A DNA stretch of 63,664 nucleotides from Gnetum montanum (taxonomy: Eukaryota; Plantae; Gnetophyta), in assembly GCA_015680685.1 (NCBI GenBank), contig MNCI01001817.1, positions 1,083,532-1,147,195 on the forward strand, given 5' to 3'. A program made the position numbers and the translations under genes. Shown one piece after another: positions 52,388 to 63,664 of this stretch (position 1 is the stretch's first letter; every line of letters starts with the position of its first letter). A model generated the notes under the pieces. It saw nothing but the letters and a program-made list of their open reading frames with translations, was not told the DNA's origin and did no database searches.

Positions 52388-52698
52388 ATCTTACTTGCTA
52401 TCAAGGCCCCAAATTCCATTTTGGTAAAGTTTCCTCCATGTTTTGAATTTAATTTTACTGCTTATTTTGTTGGTGTTTTCAAATTTCCATTAACTAATGT
52501 AAAAATTTTACAGTTGATGGTATGACCTACTGGTAGTGCCTACGAAGCTCTGTGGAAGGTAGCATTCCACAGTGGCATAGCAGCCAGCACAACATGACCA
52601 GCAGTGCCCAAAAATGGTGGTGTAGCCCTTGTCGGGTCTCTGAGGTTACGTAGCCCTTGCAGGGTCTTGTGCTCCATATATATATTTTTATTTTTATC

Positions 52699-55600
52699 TA
52701 TTAATGGGTAAATTTTGGATGCACCAACATTGGGAAAAAAACTCATTTAAAAATATTATTAGCTAGGGTGCCTCCTATATGGGTATGGAAACCTAGAAAT
52801 AGTCTCAGCTAGAGAGGGCCATGTGACATTCTAAAAAAAGTAAATTAAACTAATAATTCAAAAGAATTTAAATTAAATAATTTTTTTAAATTTTAAGACT
52901 TAATGAAAATATAATAAGTAACTAGTAAATTTTAAACTTTTCCCTAGTCCCCATTGACTGCTACTAGTCTATGTTGTCTTGTTGTTAGACATTGCTGCAA
53001 CCAACACCAGACATAGCTATTAAGAGAGGGAGAGAGAGAGAGATTTGTTTCACTGTGCCTGCCATGCATGCACACTACACTGTCTACTGCACGTTGCTGT
53101 TGATGCATCTTTAATGTGCAACAGTAATGCCGTCGGGAGAGCCTGCAAAATGCTATCACCGTTCGCATGTAGCAAACATCACATGCCTACTAGCTGTCAT
53201 GTCTTTACCAACTGATGTATGCAACATCACCGTTGTTTTTGTGGCTCTTCTACAGTGCACTTCATCTATCGTTGTCTACATGCATCATCCACTGCAATCC
53301 CATCAATGTGTAACTGCATACTAACCTTCTGGTTACCGCAATTGTAGTTCCTATCACATGCATGCAACATCTATTGGTAGGAGAGGGGAGGCCAAGAGAT
53401 GATTTCTTGGTGTCTACTTGCTTCCCCCTTAATAAGATGCTCCAATGGTATCCTTTAATACCCATGTCCACCACTATTGTCCACATCTTCCACTAATGTC
53501 AGTGGTTACTACAACATCAGTTATGCCCACTAAGCATAACGTCCACCACTCGCCTATGCATACTACCTTGTAATGCCCATCATTGTCATGATGATTCATC
53601 TCCCCTATGCATTGGTTACATCCACCACCATCATTTCCACTTCCCCATGTCAGTCTGCACCTACACATCTCTCATTTTAATGCATATTTCATGCTAATAG
53701 GAAATCCCATATCATCATCTAAGTTTTATTTTGTGCTATGCTGAAATTTAGAAAAGTTGAAAGATAGCCTTGGAAACACTAGAGGGAAAGCCATTGTGAA
53801 CCATCATTCCATGGATAGGTTGACCATGGTCAACTAATCATGAAATTAATTATTTAATAAATTATTTTTATTATGTGAGTTCATATTTCTTAAAAACTTG
53901 TTATTTTGAATATCAACATTGACATGATATTGTTGAAGAATAAATGCATATTGATAAAGATAGCAGGCTTATAAGACTTTTTAATTTTCATGGTATTTGA
54001 ACTTATTTAAACATGGCCCTATGCCTAGCATGGGTGATGTTGGCATCAACACTTAGTCCCCAAACTAGAAATTGCATGCAAGTGCAAGGGACAACAAAGC
54101 CATAGAAATTTTAAGATGAGATGCAAAAGATAGAGAATCAAAAAGATCATAAAATAAAGACAACTTGAAATTTAAAAGCAATCTAGACTGATCTAAACAT
54201 AATTAATATAACCGTATGATCAAAAGAGAACTAGACATGGGCCACCCTTATCACACCATCTTATTTCATTAATCTCAAAACATATACTCTTTATAAATCA
54301 TAACTTTAACTAGATTGATACATATATATATAATATAAAGTATATAATTAAGATTTCATTCCCAATCTTCTCACAAGGTAAAAGTAAAAAGTATGTAAAC
54401 TATTTTGAGCATGATACTTATGCCAAACTTAATGAGGAGGACAAGCTTATGTTAGATCGTAGCTAATTGCAACTTTCGAATGTTTCCTTAGGATTTTTTT
54501 TATACATTTTGAAAGGGAAGGGATGAAAAGGGATTATTTGCTTTTTTTTTTCTTTTTTTTTTTCTTTTTCTTTTTTGAATTTCAGGGAAATAGGTTTTAA
54601 AAGGGAATGGAGGCTAGGGTAAGGATTGCTACTGAATCCCAACACACTCAAGAACTTATTACACTATCAATGAACATGGTCATCATCTTTTTTCTTTTGT
54701 TTCTTTTTCTTTTTTTTAGGAAACTTTGCTCATGGTGTACTTTATTCTTAAGGTATGAATTCCAACATGAGTCTGGCTAATTAGTTGCACTACCAAAGAA
54801 CATGGTCTTTTCAAAACTTTTCCCATGGTGCAGTTTAACCCTTGTGTATGTGCCTTTTAATTATGATCTAGCTGGCATCATATCAAGTCTCCTAGGTGGC
54901 TAAGGATTCTCAAGTAGGGATGGACATACTTCACCCTATTATTCATAGGATAGTCAGGGATCATCACACCTGAGGGTGGGGGCTTATGAGAGGAAAAAAG
55001 GTATTTTCCAAGGTCACCTAGTGATTATGGCTAACCATTCTCCAACATCACATATCCTACACGTACATGATCATGATAATTACATGATAAGTTAGCATAA
55101 ATCCCATCCTTCATAATCCAACATACTAATAAAACTAAAAACTTGAAATAGACTAGGAAGAATCATAGCATTATTGAAACATATCATATAAAGGATGTTA
55201 TAGTACTAGGATATATCATATAAAATATTATTTTCAAATGGTGTTATGATGACCCAATGCCTAGTAGCTCAAATAATCATAATGATTATTAAAATCATAA
55301 GCAAAGCAAAATCCAAAACTAATGCACTAAGAAAGAGATGATGGAAATGCAAAGAAAACATGCAAATGCAACAATATATAAATGAAATGCATAGTGAAAG
55401 GTGAAGAAAACATGCAACTAAGGATCTACTAGGTGTCCACATGGGGCACCTGAGTAAAAATGCTTCAAATGAAATGCATTAAAATTTCTAGGTAACTTTT
55501 ATCCTTGTAAATCAGCAATTTTGTGAACATTGGAGCCAATGACATTTGTAACTTGGAATGGACCTGACAACATAGAAGAAAACCTACTTTGAGGACCTGT

Positions 55601-58600
55601 TTGAACAAATGCTCTATCTCTTCTTAGGACTAAATCTCTTATTTTAAAGACTGTACTTGCATATCTCTTATCAAACCACCTTTTAACAATTTGTCGATGA
55701 TTAAGATTACAAAAATCGATACATGATTGTAATTCACTTGTTCGTTTTCTATCAAGCACTAAATTTGATGTCCAACTTGAATGTTTCATAAGATGAACAA
55801 TTTTAAATTCTAAAAGTTCATCAAGTTCTTCTTTCATCCAAGTTTCAATCTTAGGTCTAATAGGTCTAAGTTTTTGTAAGTCATTGAATACAGCTTCTTT
55901 AGGAATATGTTCAATGGATATGTCATTAAAATTTGGCACTCCTTCTAATGTTTTAAGGGACAAATTTTCATTTATATCATTTTCCTCTCCTAATGGTGGT
56001 AAGTCACCTAGAAGAAATCCCTTTCCATCATGTTGATGATAAGGCAAGGTATCTTCATAGATTTCTTCACCTTCTCTAGAAGTTTGATAAGGTTGGATGG
56101 AATTTTTATGAGAAAATGGCTTATTTTTGTAATTTCACTCACATGGTCATTTATAACATGTTCATCATGCTCAACCTCAATAACTCCAATATAAAGATTG
56201 GTGTTTTGATTTTTCAAAGATTGATTTTGCTAATTGAATGTTGTAACTACTTGTTTATAGAAAGGCTTTCTTGGTATGACCATGTATTTAAATTTTCCTT
56301 TGATAGGGATTAATAGTTCTGAGAAATCTAACCTAAAGAAGCCCCCAAACTTGGCTCCAAAAGTCCTAGATAAGAGCACATCATAAGTGGGTGATTGTTC
56401 AACTACTATGATATCTGTATAATATGTAAATGTAGGGTATTTTTTAAGTTGTACTTTCACTCCTTTTACTATAGGTACATTAGATCCATCAAGTTGAATC
56501 ACACTTCTCATTTGTGGTAGCATCCATGCTTCTAAGGTTTTACATACCTCAAGTGGAATGACACTAATGATTTCTCTAGAATCCATCAAACAATTATGAA
56601 CGTTCTTTCCTAAAATAATCAAAGTTGTTAGGAAAGGAGGTTACTCTTTCTTACTCATCATGGAATTGCTTATGTTTTGTATTGATAATGCATTAGGACT
56701 TTCAGCAAAATGAACTTTTCTTTCGGTTGTTGGAGATTTTTCTTTAGTGGTTTCAAGTCTATGAACTATCTTTTGGATCACATCTTTTATTTTGTTAAGA
56801 TGTAAAGGTTCATACATTGAAATGTTGACTTTAATTTTCTTCAAATCCTCAACTAGATCGTAAGTCTTATGTTCATATTTGGCTTCTTGTTGACGTGAAG
56901 TTCTTTTTAGTGTAGAAGGGGGGTTTGGTCATTGTGGGGCATTTGTTTGTGACAACCCAATTTGAGTATTTGTGTTGTTTTGACTATGAGCTCTTTTGTT
57001 TGGAGGAGTATAAGGATCATTCCTAGTTTGTTGTTGTGTGGTGTTCATAATGTCACTAAGTCTACAGTAGCTAGTGTTATGTGGGTTGGGATCACTTATC
57101 ATAACTTGTTCCAATGAGGGAACCTCTTCATTTTCTATTTCATGAGGTATATTAAGGATCATAACAGGGGTTTTTCCACTTTGTTGACTCTAGGAATTGT
57201 CACCATAAAGTGCTAAAAATTGAGGACAAGTTTTCTCAGAGTGTTGCCTAGTGTTATGAAGATAATAATAATTATCATTGATTGACGTACTTACCTTTTC
57301 AAATTGTATAGGCACCTTGTTGTTATTCTACTTTAATTCAACTACTTCATTTGAAAGTTTTAAAAGTGAAGTAAATATTTGGGTCATCTAGTTTTGGGTT
57401 TGAGTTGGAGGTTCAATAAAATTAGATATCTTGTTTGGGTTTATGATGGATTGAATTAAGGCCTTCAATTGGTCATCATTCAAACCAGTGTTAGATGGTA
57501 GAAATGAAGCAGATGTTGAACTTTGAAAATAATTGTTTGTAGGTTGAGCCAGTTGAATGAGAGTGGGAGTTTGAAACATAGTATTGGTCATTGAGAAAGT
57601 TGGTAAAAGTAGAGGGCTAGAATGCATAGGGTTACTAACCCTCATCATTCCAAATTGGGTTTGAATACTATTCATGAGCATAATTTGTTCTAACTCGATA
57701 GCTTTAGCCATTGCTCCTTGTATTTCTATTATGTTGGAATCAGATTTGATAGCATAGGAAAAGAATGGGTCAATGGTGGATAAGTAAAAATTGAGGATGC
57801 CACCAGGTTGTGGATGCATCTCACTTAGCACATAAGCAAGTTGATGAATGAATCTTAAGTTGTAATCCCAGACATTTTCCCCAAGTTGCTTTCTTAAGCT
57901 TGTGAAGTTGCTTGATGCTATGGCCAAGTTAGTGAACTTATCAAACTAAAGCAAAAACTTATTTTTGAATTCTTACCATGAGTTAATAGAGGCATTAGGA
58001 AGCATCAAAAACCATTAGGTNNNNNNNNNNNNNNNNNNNNNNNNNNNNNNNNNNNNNNNNNNNNNNNNNNNNNNNNNNNNNNNNNNNNNNNNNNNNNNNN
58101 NNNNNNNNNNNNNNNNNNNNNNNNNNNNNNNNNNNNNNNNNNNNNNNNNNNNNNNNNNNNNNNNNNNNNNNNNNNNNNNNNNNNNNNNNNNNNNNNNNNN
58201 NNNNNNNNNNNNNNNNNNNNNNNNNNNNNNNNNNNNNNNNNNNNNNNNNNNNNNNNNNNNNNNNNNNNNNNNNNNNNNNNNNNNNNNNNNNNNNNNNNNN
58301 NNNNNNNNNNNNNNNNNNNNNNNNNNNNNNNNNNNNNNNNNNNNNNNNNNNNNNNNNNNNNNNNNNNNNNNNNNNNNNNNNNNNNNNNNNNNNNNNNNNN
58401 NNNNNNNNNNNNNNNNNNNNNNNNNNNNNNNNNNNNNNNNNNNNNNNNNNNNNNNNNNNNNNNNNNNNNNNNNNNNNNNNNNNNNNNNNNNNNNNNNNNN
58501 NNNNNNNNNNNNNNNNNNNNNNNNNNNNNNNNNNNNNNNNNNNNNNNNNNNNNNNNNNNNNNNNNNNNNNNNNNNNNNNNNNNNNNNNNNNNNNNNNNNN

Positions 58601-59484
58601 NNNNNNNNNNNNNNNNNNNNNNNNNNNNNNNNNNNNNNNNNNNNNNNNNNNNNNNNNNNNNNNNNNNNAGGAGACTATTGCCTAGGGCGCCTCCCATATG
58701 GGTACAAAAACTCAGGAATAGTCTTAGCTAGAGAGGGCCATGTGACATTCCAAAAAAAGTAAATTAAACTAAAAAGTGGGAAGAATTTAAATTGAATAAT
58801 TGTCTTGAATTTCAAGACTTAATGAAAATACAGTAACTCATAAATTTTAAACTTTTTCCTAGTCCTTGTTGACTACTGCAAGTCCATGCTATCTCATTCT
58901 TGCAAACACTGCCATAGCTAACATTGCTCATAGTCACTAGGAGAAGAAGAGAGAGCCATCTAGTTGGCTTACTGTGCACATGCGTTGCACTAACTACCAA
59001 GCATTGCTACTAATGCGTAGCAGTAACGCTGCTAGGAGAGCTTGCAAAACGCTACCATTGTTTGCATGCAGCGTTCGTCATGTGCCTGCCAATTACCGCA
59101 TGTTCACCAACTATTTTCTACAACATCATTACGTCGTTGCGACTTCCCCACGTTAGTCTGCAGCCGCAATTGTCATTTTAAAGCATATTTTATGTTGATA
59201 GAAAAGCCCATATCATCATCTAAGTTATATTTTGTGATGTGCTGAAATTTGGAGAAGTTGCAAGGTAGTCTTGGAAACACCAAAGGGAAAGCTGCTGTGG
59301 ACCACCATTCCATGGATAGGTTGACCATGGTCAACTAATCATGAAATTAATTATTTAATAAATAATTTTTGTTGTGTGAGTTCATATTTTTTAAAAGGTT
59401 ATTATTTTGAAAATGAGCATTGACATGATATCGTTGAGGAATAAATGCCATGGTATTTGAACTTATTGAAACATGGCATCAACA
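52699..59484 (-). mobile_element. Element 6: non-chromovirus gypsy deletion derivative
   Basis: LTRs 52699-54051 and (gap)-59484; TSD TTATC at 52694-52698 and 59485-59489; PPT-like GTTTGGGGACTAAG next to 54051. Confidence 0.85.
55440..58020 (-). pseudogene. gag, protease, RT N-terminus fused to integrase C-terminus
   Basis: gag KQLGENVWDYNLRF; protease NVHNCLMDS..YDVLLSR; RT HSSWTSNLV..SCIDFCNLN joined directly to HRQIVKRWFDK..LVL..GPFQV. Confidence 0.85.
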
Positions 59485-60978
59485 TTATCATTATTATTCT
59501 ATAAGAATGGAGGCAAAGGCACAAGCGAGCATGGCAGGAATGCCGCAGTAGGAGGGATCATGGTCTGCAATGAGGAAAGTCATCGCGGGAGATCGTCTGG
59601 CGCGGTGGCGATTCAATGACAAACGAGTCGCACCGAGCAGGTGGGAGGGCGACGCAGCGGAGTCAGCGGTGATGAACAAAGAATTAGCAGATGCAAAGAC
59701 CAAAGATGAAGAATAGCAATCACAAGGTGGGGTTTTCAAGCCAAAACAAACAGAAAAGAAAGCGAATTCCCTGGGTTGTGCAGATTTCTGCGGTTTTGGA
59801 AATTCTAAGCAACAACGGCTTACAAGAAGATGAGAAATCACAGCCACAGGAACTGCCTTGCAAAGATTTTCCCAATTTTTTTGGCAGTGATAGTCCTTTG
59901 ATCCACACTGAAATGCTCTCCTGTGATAATCCCGTGATGATTCCTTCAATGTCTTGTACTTCATCATGGGTGGAAGAGTGTAGCGATTGGTGATGTGCGT
60001 TTGCATTTGGAGAGTTCAGACTGCACTATCAAGAAGTTGGCAGCCATGGGAAGTTGCATCCCTCCTCTGCTACCAGTAGCACCAGCTTGCTCATCCAAAG
60101 GACATGAGTAAGATCTATGCGCTGGCTGTGAAGCTTTTGGTGTGAGTTAGTTAATTGATCTAGTGTCAAAATTAAAGTTGGAATTTGATTGATCCGTATA
60201 CGGTTATGGTATAAGAACTAGTGCAATGGTGTTAATTTGATTTTTTTTTTCTTTTTTGATGTCGTGATTGATTAAAAGGGCATGTGATGGATCTTACGAT
60301 TCTAGTAATGGAATCTGTGTTTCTGTGCATGAAAATATTGAAATGATATTGCAAACTCTACCAGGTTGTTGGTGGTGCTCCAACTATAGCTTTTTTTTGT
60401 GGGTGTTGGTCCCGGATCTATAAGTTGTTCCATTAAACTACCGGCTATTTTGACTAATATTAAATTTAGTGTTGGTAAAAATATAATGCTATATGCTAAA
60501 ACATTGAAGTTTTCACAAAGATGCCCNGGGTTCTCGATGCACGTTAGATTTCTTACATTTGGTATCGGAGCANGTCCTAAAAACGATTCAACTTTCTAAT
60601 GTAACAATGTGATAGCTTTGGAAATTTCTATTCATTGTTATCGGTAATGGTCTCATATTTTTCTAATAAATGGTAACTGGTTCCGGTGCCTTACGGTTTC
60701 TTGATGGGAGAACACGGCACCGGGAATCAATTGCAGTATAGCAATTCAGGTCCCTTTCACAGTCCTTACAGTCTGCATACCCCATCACCGAGCGCCCGTG
60801 TAAAAGAAGATCCAGAACATTCATCAATGGCATCAATGGCTGGAGGTCAGTTCGATCTGTTTTTTCAAATTGATTTGTGCATTTTTGTTTCATGCACATT
60901 TGTAGATTAAGAGATTTTTTTTTTACATGCTTCCGCTTGTGCAATCGGGTTCTCGATGCACGTTAGATTTCTTACATT

Positions 60979-60990
60979 TGGTATCGGAGC
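60979..60990 (+). other. Met-tRNA PBS of the copia element; 5' LTR ends at 60976 (start uncertain, ~60470-60600)
   Basis: ...TTCTTACA TT TGGTATCGGAGC. Confidence 0.7.
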
Positions 60991-62065
60991 ATTTGGATCT
61001 CTGCCTTGATGCTTAGTTTTGTTTTTCTGGGTTTTCTGCGATTTCTGGTTTTTGCTGCACTATTTCTGTCTGCGAATTTTTGCGATTTCTGGGTTTTCTA
61101 CGATTTGCGGCAATTGTTCGCAGATATTGTAAGAACCGCTTGAGGTTGAATCTGCTGCTGTGTTTTTTAACCTGCTGAGATTTTAAATCGCTTATTTTGG
61201 ACCTGGGGAAGGGACTGTTACAATTTAATTTATTCACTGGATGGAGTTTTATTACATGCGGCTTTTTACACATGTTTCCAGTTCACTATGTAAAGATTTT
61301 GGAAACGATAGAAGCTCGGTCTTAAATTATTGTTGATCGGCAATTTACAATTTCGGGAATTATTGTTGATCCATTGGCATTCCTCGTGCGAGTGCGTGCT
61401 CTGTTAAGGTTTCTGGCACTTCCTAATTAGGAATTTCTTCAAGCATTTAGAAAATTATTTGTTTGTCATACCGTCTGTCCGCAACCCATTATTTTATTTG
61501 ATGGTGGTGTTTTTCCGTTGCTTTGATGCCCATGTTGGAATCACCTTTTGAAATGTAGATAAATTTAGTTTTTTTTTTTATTATACAAATTCCATCAAAA
61601 TAAAGCACATCGTCAAACTGGCAATACCGTTTTGCATTGGTATAACTGCTACACCCGTAACACAATAATAGAGTTTGATTAGTCCAGTACAACTACGAAA
61701 TGGTAGCTTCATATTGTGCCTATTTCTGGTAATTGTGCTTCTGGTTTACAGAATTTTGAAAAATTGTTGCCATTCTGCGTTACTTGCTGTGTAGCACATG
61801 GCAGAAGGTTATTTCATTCATGAAAATTCAATTCTTCTTTTATGGCAATTTTCTATTTGCTTGCATTAATAACAATAGCAGGAAAATATATCACTAGTTT
61901 AGTCAATATTGATTTTGTCAACATTGATTTTGATGCATAATGTAATCGTTTGTATAACTAGAAAGAAATTTTTGCATCATTTACTAGTGATCCTTATATT
62001 TTGTATAGTCTAAGAGTGGCCACAGCATCTTTGATTATACAAAATTATAAATTAAGAGTTTTAGA

Positions 62066-62600
62066 TCACATAAGTAATTGTGATTAATCACATATAATAT
62101 AATAGACTTTATCCCACAGGAATTTCTATTATATTTAACGTGGTCAATCAGGATGAAATATTGAATTATTTTTCTTAATTTGCCCACAGGGATTAAGAAA
62201 AGGCATATAATTCAATAGTTTCCTCATAAGGATATATGGATCTATTTGAATTAAAATTTAGCCCACAGGCAATTTTATGTCATTTGATTCATATTTTGCA
62301 TGTTTTACATTGGTAAATGTGCCCTAAGGTATTTCATCACATATATAGTATTGTGATTAATCATCTGTCATATAATAGATTTTGTCCCACATGAATTTCC
62401 ATTATATTTACAGTGATTAATCAGGGTGAAGTATTGAATTATTTTTCTTAATTTGCCCACAGGGATTAAGAAAAGGAATATAGTTTAATAGCTTCATCAT
62501 AAGGATATATGAGTCTGTTTGAATTAAAATTTAGCCCACAGGCAATTTTATGTCATGTGATTCATATTTTTGCATGTTTACATTGGTACACATGTCCTAC
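62066..62600. repeat. ~270 bp tandem duplication with CCCACAGG motifs in the copia 5' UTR
   Basis: 62066-62340 repeated at ~62338-62600. Confidence 0.85.
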
Positions 62601-62648
62601 AGTTTATAGCCTAAAATTTAGTGACATAAGCATGTTTATTTTGCAGCT

Positions 62649-63664
62649 ATGCAACCTGTAAATTACTCTGACTTTAAATGTGACATTCCTGAATTGATGG
62701 GTGATAATTACAAGGTGTGGAAGGAGAGAATTCTCCTTCATTTAGGATGGATGGACATTGATTATGCTATCCGTAAGGATGAACCACCTGCGGTTAATGC
62801 AACCAGCCATCCAGATGATATTGGTCTTTATGATAAATGGGAGCGATCTAATCGTCTCTGCGTAATGTTCATAAAAACCAAGATCTCGGCTGGTATACGT
62901 GGATCATTGGAACAGTATAACAATGTGCGCGCTTTGTTAAAAGCTATTGATGAACAATTTGAAACATCAGACAAAGCGTTGGCCAGCACCTTGATAATGA
63001 AGTTCTCATCCATGAAGCTCACTAGAATTGGTGGTGTGCGTGAGCACATCATGCACATGAGGGACATAGCGGCTCAACTAAAAACACTTGAGGTTGAGAT
63101 GTCTGAATCTTTCCTTGTGCACTACATCCTAAACACGCTCCCACCGCAGTATGGACCCTTTAAGATTTCTTACAACACACATAAGGACAAATGGTCAATT
63201 AATGAATTGATGACCATGTGTGTGCAAGAAGAGGGTAGACTTGCCATGGAAGCGAAGGAAAGTGTGCATCTGGCCATGCAAGGAAAGAACACAAAACAAG
63301 TCAACACTAAAGGGAAGGGAAAAATCCCTCCACAAGCTGATATCAAGAAGGAATCTAGATGCTTTTTCTGTAAAAAGAAAGGGCACATAAAGAAAGATTG
63401 CCTTAAACATCAGAGATGGCTTGAAAAGAAAGGTACTCAATCCTCATTTGTTTGTTTTGAATCTAATATGGTTGATGTTAGTCATAACACATGGTGGATT
63501 GACTCCGGTTCTACAATCCATGTTACTAATTCCTTGCAGGGATTAGCAAACCTAAGGAAGCCAGTAGGAAGTGAGTCATGCATCTATTCGGGCAACAAGA
63601 TGCGCTCACATGTGGAAGCGATTGGCACATGCAAATTAGTTTTAAGTAGTGGTTTTGTTTTGGA
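62649..63664 (+). CDS. gag: Ty1/copia (TAR-like) gag-protease, open to the window edge
   Basis: MQPVNYSDFKCDIPELMGDNYKVWKERILLHLG..YDKWERSNR..LPPQYGPFKISYN..CFFCKKKGHIKKDC..WWIDSGSTIH; no stop seen; absent from the ORF track because it is unterminated. Confidence 0.92.
   Translation, partial: MQPVNYSDFKCDIPELMGDNYKVWKERILLHLGWMDIDYAIRKDEPPAVNATSHPDDIGLYDKWERSNRLCVMFIKTKISAGIRGSLEQYNNVRALLKAIDEQFETSDKALASTLIMKFSSMKLTRIGGVREHIMHMRDIAAQLKTLEVEMSESFLVHYILNTLPPQYGPFKISYNTHKDKWSINELMTMCVQEEGRLAMEAKESVHLAMQGKNTKQVNTKGKGKIPPQADIKKESRCFFCKKKGHIKKDCLKHQRWLEKKGTQSSFVCFESNMVDVSHNTWWIDSGSTIHVTNSLQGLANLRKPVGSESCIYSGNKMRSHVEAIGTCKLVLSSGFVL

Larger units (their letters stand above)
49549..52698 (-). mobile_element. 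Element 5: non-autonomous relative of element 3 carrying CCR4; 5' LTR not found in window
   Basis: LTR 49549-50065 (TGTGACATTC...GGGACATTACA); PPT CTAAGGAGAGTAGAT resembles that of element 3; leader 52190-52520 is homologous to 38640-38975 (shared AACCTCTTGGATGTAATGG). Confidence 0.75.

Noticed and set aside
59494-60006. 170 aa and 100 aa ORFs as a host gene
   Set aside because: No recognisable domain or exon structure
60528-60572. Second LTR end plus PBS
   Set aside because: Exact copy of ~60947-60991 bracketed by single N bases; likely assembly artefact

Overview
Plant nuclear repeat DNA with no recognisable intact host gene: a nested stack of at least nine LTR retrotransposons or fragments plus one probable DNA-transposon insertion, most eroded by C>T/G>A transitions. 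Left to right: (1) a fairly young minus-strand Ty3/gypsy Tat (Ogre/Retand-type, archaeal RNase H) element, about 1-17122, inserted into (2) an older relative, 17123-~29446; decayed chromovirus and copia fragments and a solo LTR (29447-34638); (3) a chromovirus, 34639-49548, containing (4) a gag-only element with long LTRs; (5) a non-autonomous relative of element 3 with a CCR4-type deadenylase ORF where gag-pol should be; (6) a gypsy deletion derivative; (7) a young copia (TAR-like) element running off the right edge. Two cargo systems stand out. Both Tat elements carry, downstream of protease (between protease and RT in element 1, a probable ~5.1 kb Ogre-type intron), an antisense multi-exon gene. 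In element 1 it has 8 exons (~1116 aa) and encodes an NLS, a degenerate FCP1/NIF (CTD-phosphatase-like) domain, a plant-transposon/PMD-like domain, a coiled coil and an acidic tail; palindromic TACGC motif arrays accompany it. Element 5 carries an intronless CCR4/EEP deadenylase domain. All domain calls are by-eye motif recognition and were not checked against any database.
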